A DNA stretch of 63,557 nt, the filler included, from Pirum gemmata (lineage: Eukaryota), in the NCBI GenBank assembly GCA_002812295.1. It is 22 parts of 22 records of this genome, joined end to end, with 100 filler letters (N's around TTAATTAATTAA, not from the genome) between each part and the next. Parts side by side here need not be neighbours in the genome. Positions count along the whole stretch, not along the records: positions 49,186 to 52,778 come from PDIN01005432.1; positions 52,879 to 55,498 come from PDIN01005433.1; positions 55,599 to 58,188 come from PDIN01005434.1; positions 58,289 to 60,854 come from PDIN01005435.1; positions 60,955 to 63,557 come from PDIN01005436.1; 17 more parts are not named here. The stretch is one strand, 5' to 3'. Below, piece after piece: positions 49,861 to 62,789 of the stretch. Numbering within the stretch: the first letter of the stretch is position 1; each line of letters opens with the position of its first letter. A model generated the notes under the pieces. The model saw nothing but the letters and a program-made list of their open reading frames with translations. It searched no databases and was not told the DNA's origin. Both the position numbers and the translations under genes were made by a program.

Positions 49861-50029
49861 CAGATATTTAAAAGTGATATTTATATGATGACGTCATATA
49901 CAATACCCTCTTACTTAGGACCTCTTAAATAAATTAGTCTAAACAAGTCCAAAAAAACAGGGGAGGGGCCACTCTCGCCTAGACCTATGCAGAAAAAGGT
50001 TGGCCGGGTTGATGATGATGATGATGACT

Positions 50030-50114
<85 letters not shown>

Positions 50115-50316
50115 ATGGTGTTGGACATTGAATCGGAGATCTCCATTGCAGCTTNNNNNNNNNCCGTAACCGTAACCGTAACCGTAACCGTAACCGTAAC
50201 CGTAACCGTAACCGTAACTGTAACTGTAACCGTAACCGTAACCCTAACCCTAACCGTAACCGTAACCGTGATTAAAATATTATTATAACCAATGAAACTT
50301 TGTTGTTATGAAAAAG

Positions 50317-50502
50317 GTTACGCTCATGCAGTGGATTGGTGGGCTTTAGGGGTGCTTATATTTGAAATGAGATGTGGCCAGGCTCCATTTTTTGATAATA
50401 GTCAGATGGAGATGTACAAAAAGATAGTCGAAGGTAGAGTGATTTTCCCAGGGCATTTTAAACCAGAAGAAAAAGAAATAATTAGTATGTTCCTCACAGC
50501 GG
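50317..50502 (+). CDS. AGC kinase exon, PKA catalytic subunit/PRKX-like (subdomains IX-X)
   Basis: GYAHAVDWWALGVLIFEMRCGQAPFFDNSQMEMYKKIVEGRVIFPGHFKPEEKEIISMFLTA between AAG| and |GTAAGT. Confidence 0.88.
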
Positions 50503-50639
50503 GTAAGTATTTCATTTTTCATTGTCATTAACAATATAAAATCCTAACCCTAACCCTAACCCTAACCCTGACCCTGACCCTAACCCTAACCCTAACCCTT
50601 AACCCCAACCCCTAACCCTAACCCTAACCCTAACCTTAG

Positions 50640-52778
50640 GAACCATTACTAGCACGTCCACGTTTGTGCAGCATGATTCAGACGAGGATGAAAAACAAAA
50701 AGAACAAGAAAAAATGAAACAAATACAAAGCCAAAACTCTAAAGATTTATTTTCTTCTACCAGTGAACCAGTTCCACTCTCTAACATTCCTCGTTCTTTT
50801 AACCCAATGGTATAACCCTAACCCTAACCCTAACCCTAACCCTAACCCTAACCCTAACCCTAACCTCTAACCTCTAACCCTACTCCTAGCCTCTAACCCT
50901 GACCCTACTCCTAGCCTCTAACCCTGACCCTAACCTCTAACCCTAACTTCTAAGCCTAACCTCTAACCCTCCCCTGACCCTAACCCTAACCTCTAATATC
51001 AAACCCTAACCCTAACACTTAACCCTAACCTCTAATTCCAACCTCTAACCCAACCCCCTAACCCTAACCCTACCTAATCCAAACCCAAATTTTAAACCCA
51101 ATTTTCAATAGCAGAAAACTGGAAGGTCGTACTCAGACTCTTTCAGCACTGAGAAACCGTTTAGTAATTCAGAAAAGAAAAGCAATTTTCACACTTTTTC
51201 TAACAGGAAAATCGGTAATAATAGAAAAACCAACAACAACGATAACGATAATAACAAGGGTGGTAGTGGTAATGATGGTGGTGGTAATGGTGGTAGTGGT
51301 GGTAGTGGTGGTGATGGTGGTAGTGGTGGTAATGGTGGTAGTGGTGGTGATGGTGATGATTGGTATATTAAAGCCCAGCGAAAAGCTTCTAAAGTAAGTT
51401 TTGACGAGTTAAAAACCGCGAAAGCAGCCAAAAGTAGCGAATCATTGGTATTAGAAGCTGAAGATTTTTCACATTTTACAGGTAAATAGTAATAATAATA
51501 ATGATAGTAACTAGTCCCTGACTCTAACCTTTACTACAACCCTAACCCTAACCCTAGCCCTAACCTAAACCTAAACCCAAGCCTAAGCCTAAGGCTTAGC
51601 CTAAGACTTAGCCTAAGCCCAAGCCCAAGCCCAAGCCTAAACCTAAGCCTAAGCCTAAGCCTAAGCCTAAGCCTAAGCCTAAGCCTAAGCCTAAGCCTAA
51701 GCCTAAGCCTAANNNNNNNNNNNNNNNNNNNNNNNNNNNNNNNNNNNNNNNNNNNNNNNNNNNNNNNNNNNNNNNNNNNNNNNNNNNNNNNNNNNNNNNN
51801 NNNNNNNNNNNNNNNNNNNNNNNNNNNNNNNNNNNNNNNNNNNNNNNNNNNNNNNNNNNNNNNNNNNNNNNNNTAAGCCCAAGCCTAAGCCTAAGCCTAA
51901 GCCTAAGCCTAAGCCTAAGCCTAAGCCTAAGCCTAAGCCTAAGCCTAAGCCTAAGCCTAAGCCTAAGCCTAACCTTAACCTTAACCCTAACCCTAACCCT
52001 AACCCTAACCCTAATCTTAAGCTACTATCCCCTTCCCCTTCCCTTTCCCCTTCACCTATCCTCACCTATCCTCACCCCCACCCTAACCCATCAGCCTAAC
52101 TTTAAGCCTAACTCTAAGCCTAACTCTAAGCCTAACTCTAGGCCTAACTCTAGGCCTTAAGGCTAAAGCTTAAAGTAAGGCCTAAGCCTTAAGTCTAAAG
52201 CAAGTCTTAAGTCTTCCCTTTCCCCTTCCCCTATCCTCACCCCCCACCCTTACCCATCAGCCTAACTCTAAGCCTAACTCTAAGCCTAACTCTAAGCCTA
52301 ACTCTAGGTCTTAAGGCCAAAGCTTAAAGTAAGGCCTAAGCCTTAAGTTTAAAGCTAAGTCTTAAGTCTAATTATAACTCTTAAATCTAAATCTCAAACT
52401 AAGATTTAGCATATTTCTATTGTCTAGTTCTATTCATAACCTTACTGTAAACCTAAATTGAAGAATTACTATAATAACCACGCTAACCTTAACTTTAATT
52501 AATAATAATAGTAACAATAATCACCATTTTAATATTAATTATAGGGTTTGGGCTTGTCAGGCGTAGGCCTAGTGAAATGGTTATTAAGAATGATGGATCA
52601 GGTCCAAGTTATGCCACAATGTTAAGGGGAAGTCCTAGTAAACAAACAAATAATGAAGATGAAAACAGTAATAATAATAATAATAATGACAGTAACAACA
52701 ACATTAATAATAATAATAATAATAATAACCATAACAATAACAATGATATGGATAATGGTAATAATGATAATGATAATA
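50640..52778 (+). CDS. Three low-complexity exons (50640-50809, 51112-51481, 52545->52778) of an unknown protein
   Basis: Phase-compatible GT-AG chain with open frames (GTITSTSTFVQHDSDEDEKQ..., QKTGRSYSDS...DWYIKAQRKAS..., FGLVRRRPSEMVIK...); introns mostly hexamer repeats. Confidence 0.7.
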
Positions 52779-53381
52779 NNNNNNNNNNNNNNNNNNNNNN
52801 NNNNNNNNNNNNNNNNNNNNNNTTAATTAATTAANNNNNNNNNNNNNNNNNNNNNNNNNNNNNNNNNNNNNNNNNNNNTCGACAAATAATCTTTCCTGAG
52901 ACCGGTAGCAATAATCTTGGTAAATATTTTTGTTTTTTTAACCGGATATAACCACAGAGTATAAACTGTAGAAATCATTTTTTTAGACTTCTTTTCTAAA
53001 AATCTTTAAATTTTAACTATCCAAATTATTTTAAAAAGTTAGCAATTGGTCCATAATAGAGTTTTTTTAGTTATATTATTCTCAAACTTTGGTAGTACTT
53101 TTATTAAAATTGGATTATTTTGAGATTTTTGATTTTGAAATTTGAACTCATATGGTGGATGTCGCCATTTTTATCCGGCCTGTTAAAAAATAATAATAAT
53201 AATAAAATAAAAATAATTGCTTTTTTTTTTATATAATATGAGTATGCAATACTATGCATAATTATAAATATTCTTATCCTAATATTCTTATCTTTTTTTA
53301 TTTTTTTTATTTTATTTTTTTAAATTACAATCATGTTAGTCTTGTCAAGTAGTCTTATTATTATAGTCTAGTACTATTTTT

Positions 53382-53429
<48 letters not shown>

Positions 53430-56400
53430 ACACTGTGACACACACACACACACATACACACCACACACACACACACAGTACTATTTTTATAATAATTTGT
53501 TGCCGTTGTTGTCCTAGCGAATACTTCCTGTTATTATAAATTTAGATAATATTTATCAATTTGTTATAATAAAGTTGTAGTTATTAATATGTATTGTTAC
53601 ATTATTATTTTTATTATGTATTATCAATAATATCATATTATTAATTGTATTGTTATTGTCATTGTTATTACTATTGTCATTATTATTATTATTGTTATTG
53701 TTATTGTTATTGTTATTGTTATTGTTATTGTTATTGTTATTGTTATTGTTATTGTGTATTGATTATTGCAATAATCAATTAATCTATTGTTATTGTTAAT
53801 ATTATTATTAATTGTTATTGTTATATATTGTTATTGTTATAATATATTGTTATTGTTAAGATGTATTGATTAATGTTTTTGTTAAAATTTTCGTTGTAGT
53901 TATTGTAATTGTTTTATATCAATATGCCTATTGTTTATATGTAATATAAGTAGCTGTGGTGGTGTGGTGATGACCAGGTAGCGCCACGGCCAGGGCCGGC
54001 CAGAGCTAGTAAGACTAGTAGAGTGGGGGTTAGAGTTAGGGTTTTATATAGGGTTAGGGTTATATATACTATAGGGTTAGGGTTAGGGTTAGGGTTAGGG
54101 TTAGGGTTAGGGTTAGGGTTAAGGTTAGGGTTAAGGTTAGGATAGGGTTAGGGTTAGTATGATAGTCTTGTCATCATAAAATATATAATAAAGAGTACCA
54201 AATTAATACTATATAACTCCATTTCATTTAATTTGGTATATTTTATTAGTATATTTTATTAGACTGTATAGTCAATTTTATTCATTTAAAAATGCCAACT
54301 TAAATATTATAACCAACCAAATAGATATTCAGTGATAAAATAAATGAAAACTTGAGTCTACTAGCTAGACTACTAGCTCTAGATTCAGATTCGCCACAAA
54401 TGAGAAAAAAACAGTTCAAAAAACTCAAGAGGAGTTTTTTTTTTAAAAAATTAAATAATAAAAGACTGGCATAAGTTCTGTCTGTTCAAACTGAAAAACT
54501 TCGAAAAACTCTCAAAAATTCTAGAGTACAAAAAGTAGGGGTGAGATGACGTCATTTTTTTATTACTGAACAGCTGCTGGAACTTTTCCGATTTTTATGG
54601 TTTTTATTACTATTAATGTTAATATTATTACTTTAGAACACGGAACTAAGGTTGGCTCGATAAGCATCTGTTCGAAAAAAGTTCCAGTAGATACCTCTAG
54701 TTCCTAGAGTACAAAAATGGCACAAAAATAGTACAAAAATACAAAAATAGTAACAAAAATAGTACAAAAATAGTACAAAAATGCCTAGACAAAAATGTCT
54801 AGATAAAAATGCAAAATACTTGCTCCACTGTTCCTGAATATTTATTTGGTTGGTTATAATATTTAATTGGACATTTTTAAAAGAATAAATAGATAATAAA
54901 GCACACCAAATTAAATTAAATGAGTTTATATTGTATTAATTTGGTATTATTTATGGCATATTTTATCTCCCAATTCTGCTCGATCCCGAAAACTCAAATT
55001 TCTGCTGTCGAAAAAAAAAAGCCGAAATTCAGCCCTGTTCGAAATTTATTTTTTCCATTTTTTTGGGTTTATGTATAAATAAATAAATATACTTGAATAC
55101 TTAACTGTTAGCTTAAAATTTTCGAACTTATTTAATTAATGTATAGGCTCGAAAACTCGTTTTTTTTTTAAACAAAGCAGAATCGGGAGAAGTCTGGCTC
55201 AGCAAATTTTGTAAGAGGCCGTCTGATTGGGTGAAGATGAACTTCCACGTGGAGGGGAACCGTGAGATATCACACCAAATTCTTAAAATAGTAATAACTA
55301 CATTAAAACTTCTTTATATGGAAAATATATTTCGTTTTTTGGAAAATAAAACAATCAGTAAAAATCAATTGTTACATATTAAAGAGTGTTCAGTCGTGAC
55401 GTCATCCATGTTTTTTTTCTGGCAGAAATTTTTTAGAATTTTTTTAGGTAGTCTATGATAGAAATTAGTTATTTTTTATTTTTATTTATTTGTTTGTTNN
55501 NNNNNNNNNNNNNNNNNNNNNNNNNNNNNNNNNNNNNNNNNNTTAATTAATTAANNNNNNNNNNNNNNNNNNNNNNNNNNNNNNNNNNNNNNNNNNNNTA
55601 AAAAAAAAAAAAAAAAACCATTCACAATTGTACGTTTTTTAAAAAAAAATAAAAAAAAAAAAAAACAAAATTATTGTGCTTCTCAATATTTATTTAATTG
55701 GTTTTAATATTTAATTTGACATTTTTAAATGAATAAATATATAATATAGTATACCAAATTAAATGAAATGGATTTATATTGTATTAATTTGGTACTATTT
55801 ATTAAATATTTTATTACGACAAAATAACTGAATAACACGATAATAAAATTCCATAAACTATACCCATCGTTTTTTTTTTTTTTTTAGGGTTTAGGGACTG
55901 TTAGGGTAAGTGTTAGTATTAGGGTTAGGGTTAGGGTTATAATTAGGGTTAAAATTAGGGTTAGGATAAGTGTTAGGGTTATCACTTAGGGTTAAAATTA
56001 GGGTTAAAATTTGGTTTATATTAATGTTAAGGGTTATAATTAGGGTTTGGGTGTGTGAGGGATAGAGTTAGCTACAGGGTTTAGGTTGATACTTTAGTAT
56101 AAATAATATATTGTATAATTATATAATATAGTATAATAATTATTTATAATTATATGGTTAAATAATATTAATAATATATTATTATAGTACGTATACATAC
56201 ACTATGTATTATGTTCAAGTGTATAACTGAACTTGTTTATACAATACATCATCAAGTATAAAATTCCAAATTAGTTAAAACATGTTTGATAGTTTAACCA
56301 TACTAATATATATATAATTTGGTACGTTTATTTTAGTTTTTGAACTGGACAACACTATTGAAAAACGATAATATATGAATATAGTATAATATATTAATAT

Positions 56401-57224
56401 AATAATTTATTTAATTGCTAACTGCTGTAATTTTTTCATTTAGTCTATATATATAGACGTTAATTTGATTATTTGCATTCTTAATTAAATAGTATTTTAT
56501 AGTCTTATTTTTTACTATATTAGAATGTAAAATACTATATTTTAGACTATACTGGAAATCGGTATAAATACCTCTCTAGTCTAGCTTCTAACCTCTCTAA
56601 CTAGCTTCAAGCCTAACCTCTAACTAGCTTACCTTCTAGCCTAACTAGCTAGTTAGAAATATATATATATATAGTCTTAATATTTTTGTATAAATTGGAT
56701 TATCTTTTGTTTTGTTTGTGTTTTTCATTATAAAATTCCCACATAATACAATATTTTAAAACATTATAATGTGTATATATAGCCCATGATTAACAGTTGG
56801 ACATTGGGTCGTTCTTTTTGTGTAGAAGTATTATATGCTTTCGAATGTTTCTTGTTATTATATGTATATAGTGTAAATGTTGTATATAAAAATTATATTC
56901 AAGTGTTGCTTTAATTATTTTATATAATATTACATGGAACAAGATTTTGGTCTTTCGGAACTTTTTCTATATTTGAATAATATATACAATTATTATAAAT
57001 ATATCGTTTTTAATGTACCAAATTATTATTATTGTTAAACTATCAGATATGTTTTAATTAATTTGGTTTTGTATTTATAATGAAGTCCAATTATACACTT
57101 AAACAGTACCAAATTAAAGATTGAGAGGACTACTGTAATGAAATAGACGATAACGTTAGGGTAGGAGCTGGGGTTATTGAAGCTTGGACCTCGCCTTGGA
57201 GTTTATTTTTTAAAAGGAAGTACA

Positions 57225-57756
57225 ACCCTAACCCTAACTAACTCTGACCCTAACCCTAACCCTAATTTATAACCCTAACCCTGACCTTAACCCTAACCCT
57301 TACCTAACCCTATAACCCTAACCCTTACCTAACCCTATAACCCTAACCCTAATTGCAATTATAATCCTAGACTAACCCTTCAGCTGACTATAATTATAGC
57401 CCTAACCTTAACTACCTCAACTCCAATCCTAACCCTGACTCTAATTATAACCCTAACCCTAACCCTAACCTCAACCCTAATACCCTAACCCTTACCCTTA
57501 CACTAACCTTAACATGATTACCCTAACCCTAACCTTGACCTTATTACCCTATACCCTAACCCCAACCCTAACTCTAACCTTATTACTCTGGCCTTACCAG
57601 CCCTAGCCCTGACCCTCAGACCCCAGCCGTAACCTTAATTAATCTTATTACTCTACCTCCCTAACCCTAACCCTAACCCTAACCCTAACCCTAACCCCAA
57701 CCCTGACCCTAACCCTGACCCTGACCCTAACCTAACCCTAACCACACACCCTAACC
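57225..57756. repeat. Degenerate interstitial (CCCTAA)n tract
   Basis: Direct reading. Confidence 0.9.
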
Positions 57757-59300
57757 AAGACAAAGCTAAAAGTTGTAGTAAATGATATTATAGGCTAAAT
57801 CGTACCAACCAACATTGCTTGCTAAAATTGCCTGGTAGTACTGGCAGTCTATTAGCTTGCGGAATTTTTTTAAAAAAATAAACGTTTACTTATTTGGAAG
57901 TTTTTTCAATATAATACTGGTATTATGATAAGAGCTTTCGAATAATACGTCACGTCAAGGGGTAGGTAGGTAGGCGGTATTTGACCGGAAATTAAGGTCA
58001 AGGGGTAGATAGGTAGGGGGGATTTGAAGCTGTATTTGACCGGAAATTGGCGTTAAGTAATACTAAGAGAAAGTTAAAAACTAAAAAGCCGCTGAAAATT
58101 AAAAAAGTTAGCCTTTGGAAACTATGGTTAGGGTTAGGGTTAGGGTTAGGGTTTAGGTTTAGGTTAGGGTTAGGGTTAGGGTTAGGGTNNNNNNNNNNNN
58201 NNNNNNNNNNNNNNNNNNNNNNNNNNNNNNNNTTAATTAATTAANNNNNNNNNNNNNNNNNNNNNNNNNNNNNNNNNNNNNNNNNNNNGGTTAGGGTTAG
58301 GGTTAGGGTTAGGGTTAGCATATTATTATTAATATAGACATTAAGTAGGGTTAGGGTTAGGCCTAGGGTTGGGGTTGGGGTTAGGGTTAGGTTTGGTTAG
58401 GCCTAGGGTTAGGGTTAGGGTTAGGGTTAGGGTTAGGGTTAGAATATTAGTATATATTTTAATTTTAATTAAGTATTAGTATTAATATTGATATATATTA
58501 GTATATTAATAGCTGTTAGTGAACAAAAAAATGGGTCAGTTAATTAACGTTAATTAACGTTTGTATTACGGTTATTATTAAAAACTTTTGGGTTTGTTTT
58601 AATTGATGAGATAATGAAAACTTTGATCATTATTTATTAAACTTTTATTATAATTAATCATGCACTAGTTAACGTTCTCGTTTTTATATTAAAATTTATC
58701 AGTCATTATTTTCACTATGGTAACATTACCTGGAATATACAGCAAGCATTAAGTAATGTTCTCGTTTTCATATTAATATTTATCAATCATTATTTTCACT
58801 ATGGTAACAGTACCTGGAATATACAGCAAGCAAATTATTGCAATTGACTTACAGACGGGGTGTTATGATGCAAGGAAAGAAACAGAATTATGTTTGCTTA
58901 ATTAACCAAAAAAATAGTCATTGAAAGAGAGGTGGTTCAGAAGGATTGAATTTCCGTTAACCATTGGAACTACCAGAGTTTTATGTGAAACGAAATTATT
59001 GCTTTTATACATGCGTATCCCTAACCCTAATCCTAACCCTAACCCTAACCCTAACCCTAACCCTAACCCTAACCCTAACCCTAACCCTAACCCTAACCCT
59101 AACCCTAACCCTAACCCTAANNNNNNNNNNNNNNNNNNNNNNNNNNNACCCTAACCCTAACCCTAACCCTAACCCTAACCCTAACCCTAACCCTAACCCT
59201 AACCCAAACCCTAACCCAAACCCTAACCCTAACCCTAACCCTAACCCTAACCCAAACCCTGTTAACCGCAACCACAACCATAACCCTAATCCTAACCCTA

Positions 59301-59482
59301 TTAAATGAAATTAGAATGCGTACCAGGCAACAATTCCCTTTTCTTTAAAATAAACACTACAGGAACAGCACTCCATAAAAACCAGTTTGCTTTACCACCA
59401 CGTACGTGCATCAAGCCTAAAATCAACGAATACTCATAGCCTTCCATCATTTGAATCTGCATTTGTACTAACAAAACACCAA
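59301..59482 (-). pseudogene. Tandem duplicate of the 3' half and donor site of the 59996-59625 exon
   Basis: Encodes MQIQMMEGYEYSLILGLMHVRGGKANWFLWSAVPVVFILKKRELLP, near-identical to 59602-59783; period 301 bp. Confidence 0.85.
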
Positions 59483-59624
59483 GAGAAAGTACCCTAACCG
59501 CAACTACAACCACAACCACGACAGCAACCCTAACCCTAACCCCAACCCTAACACTAACCCTGTTAACCACAACCGCAACCGCCACCCTGATCCTAAACCT
59601 GTTAAATGAAATTAGAATGCGTAC

Positions 59625-60805
59625 CAGGTAATAATTCCCTTTTCTTTAAAATAGACACTGCAGGAACAGCACTCCATAAAAACCAGTTTGCTGCACCACC
59701 ACATACGTGCATCAAGCCTACAATCAACGAATACTCATAGCCTTCCATCATTTGAATCTGCATTAATACCAACATAATACCAAAACAAACAACCCCTTTT
59801 TGTAATTGTGGCATATCGTATTGTTCTTTGTAATTTGGAGTTTGGTTAAAAAAACCGAAAGCAGCCGCAACTAAAAACCCACCACACAGAACTGCTTCCC
59901 AAATAACAGAGTCCCAACTATCTCGAAGTTTAGTTATCCACGCTAATGCAAAGCTAACGTACCGTAGAACAATATTTATATTTTCATCTTCGTTTCCTGT
60001 AGAGTTAGTAGAGTGAGTAGTAGTAAAAATATGTTGTTAAGTAATTGTGGTGGTGGTGATGGTGATGATGATGATGGTGGTGGTGATGATGATGGTGGTG
60101 ATGATGGTGGTGGTGGTGGTGATGATGGTGGTGTTGGTGATGATGATGAATGCGCCCAACCCTAACTCCAACTCCAACTCCAACTCTTAACTCCAACTCT
60201 AACCCTAACCCTAACTCTAACGGTAACTCTAACGGTAACTCTAACGGTAACTCTAATAATAACGGTAACCATAACCCTAACCCTAACCCTAACCCTAACC
60301 CTAACCCTAACTTTAACCCTAACCCTAACCCTAACCCTAACTTAACCTTAACTTTAACTTTAACCCTAAATAGGTGTAATAATTATTGCGTGTTGTATTG
60401 TGTGTTTGTACTGCGTTGTATTTTCTTTGTTAAGAACATATTCTTAAACAAACTTACTCATAAAATGAATTAAAAAAAAAAAACAACAACACAAGGTTTA
60501 ATAGTAAAGAATTAATATCATTTATGAAAAGCTACTAGCATTGTATGTGTAGTAATGTGTGTTTATATTGTGTTGTATTTTCTTACCTTAACCCTAACCC
60601 TAACCTTAACCCTAAAAAACTTACCCATAAAATGAATTAAAAAACAACAAACAAATGTTAACGAAGTAACATCATTTATAAAATGCCACTCTATTATATC
60701 GATAAAAATTGGGCTGTCTACAGCATGACTGAAATTGTACATGAACGCGCTGATTAACTGAAAAATACCGATAAACAAAGTGAAGTGTCTTTTATGTTTC
60801 GCGAC
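59625..60805 (-). CDS. Multi-pass membrane protein, TMEM8/DUF3522 (CREST superfamily)-like, partial; exons 60805-60625 and 59996-59625
   Basis: Splices in phase to VAKHKRHFTLFIGIFQLISAFMYNFSHAVDSPIFIDIIEWHFINDVTSLTFVCCFLIHFM-GNEDENINIVLRYVSFALAWITKLRDSW...YEYSLIVGLMHVCGGAANWFLW; helix spacing and S.FMY., WH..D, Y....G..H positions fit the family as I recall it. Confidence 0.65.
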
Positions 60806-61569
60806 CTGATGGAAGGCAGGGGTCAGGGTCAGGGTTAGGGTTAGGGTTAGGGTTNNNNNNNNNNNNNNNNNNNNNNNNNNNNNNNNNNNNNNNNNNNNTT
60901 AATTAATTAANNNNNNNNNNNNNNNNNNNNNNNNNNNNNNNNNNNNNNNNNNNNGTAAACGTAACCGTAACCGTGACCGTGACCGTAACCGTAACCGTAA
61001 CCGTAACCGTAACCGTAACCGTAACCTTAACCGTAACCTTAACCGTAACCTTAACCGTAACCGTAATCGTAACCGTAACCGTAACCGTAACCGTAACCGT
61101 AACCGTAACCGTAACCGTAACCGTAACCGTATAATAAAGGATTATAAATTACAAAATAAGGATAGTCTAGTACCTTTTTAACATATTTTGAGTCAAAATT
61201 GACTTTTGATACATTTTATTATATTGTTACAATATAAATTTTATTAATAATGAAATAATGATATTCTTATTTTTTGGTATTATATTCTTAATTATATCAT
61301 ACCAAATAGATTATATCATACCAAATAAGTAATAGAAACTTGAGGGCAGTTACGTACGTTTAGAGCGTATCTAGAGTACCTAGAACGTACCTAAAGCGTA
61401 CCTAGAGCGCACCTCGTATAAGTTTTTTTATACGTTTTTTTTTTATTTCTTTCCAAAAAAAATATATTATGAAAAAAATATTATACAGAAAATAAAAAAA
61501 AAAAAAATTCTATTCAGAAAATTAAAAAGAAATGTTCTGTTTAGAAAATAATAAAAAACAATAATTGAC

Positions 61570-62330
61570 ATAAAACCGTAGGGAGAAACGGGAAAACCAT
61601 CGAATCGAGACTATTTCGAAATTTTCTAAATTTTCGATATAATTTTAAGTATTGACTTGCTTTTCGATTCTTAGAAATTTTAAAAAAAATATTTGAGAAT
61701 TCATAGAAAAACTTGAAAGTCGGTAAAAAAAAAGAATATCATTTCAAAAATTGTCACTAGTAATTAAGATCGAGCTGTTTGATTCAATTGTATTTCCTGC
61801 ATCTCCTAGCTATTCGTTTTGAGTGTCATTATTTAATGCTATAAAACCGTAGCTATTCGTTTTTGAGCGTTATAAAACCGTAGCTATTCTTTTTTGAGCG
61901 TTATAATTTTTGTATATATTGAGCGTTATAAAACCGTAGCTATTCGTCTTTGAGTGTAGCTATTCGTTTTTGAGCGTTATAAAACTGTATTCGTTTTTAA
62001 ACGTTATAAATCGTAGCTATTCGTTTTTGAGCGTTATAAAACCTTAGCTGTTCGTTTTTGAGCGTTCAGAAAATAAAAAAAATATTGTTCCAATATATAT
62101 ATATATATATATATATAATTTTTATTTCATTTTATCAAGAATTGTTTTTAATGAAAAAGCGATTTTTTGATTTTTGAGCATTAGCTATTCGTTTTGGGCG
62201 TTATAAAACTGTAGCTATTCGTTTTTAAACGTTATAAATCTTAGCTATTCGTTTTTGAGCGTTATAAAACCGTATCTATTGGTGGGTTTTGAGTGTTATA
62301 AAACCGTAGCTATTCCTTTTTTGAGCGTGC
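61570..62330 (+). repeat. ~31-bp minisatellite TTATAAAACCGTAGCTATTCGTTTTTGAGCG
   Basis: More than ten degenerate copies; the first is split by a MITE. Confidence 0.9.
61582..61806 (+). mobile_element. MITE family E (225 bp), TAG target-site duplication
   Basis: TAG|GGAGAAACGGGAAAAC...TTTCCTGCATCTCC|TAG. Confidence 0.88.
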
Positions 62331-62789
62331 AGAAAATAAAAAAATATTCTGTTCCAAAAAAAAAAAGAATAATATAATTTTTATTTTATTTTATAAAGAA
62401 TTATTTTTAATAAAAAAACGATTTTTTTGATTTTTGAGCATTATAGTTAATTAATGACTTTATAACAATTAATATGATACAAATTAATAGAAAAATATAA
62501 TGAAATATGTAGAATTTTAGTTATACGGACAGTTATATAACGTTGAAGTAGAAGGGAAATTACAAAATTGACAATTTTAAACTCAGAAAATAAAATTAAA
62601 TGAAACGTTATAATTTTTTTATTAATTTCGAACAAAATAAAATAATAATAAAATGATAACGCTGCAAAAATGAATAAGCTATGGTTTTACAGCGTTATAA
62701 TTTTTTTAAATTTTATTTACTAAAGATCATTATTAGCTTCATCAATATCATTATCTATGTTTGTATAACATGATTCCAAGAGTCACTAG

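Noticed and set aside
58127..58320. True chromosome ends at scaffold termini with TTAGGG
   Set aside because: Identical tracts are abundant internally and scaffolds also break at other microsatellites; these look like assembly breaks.
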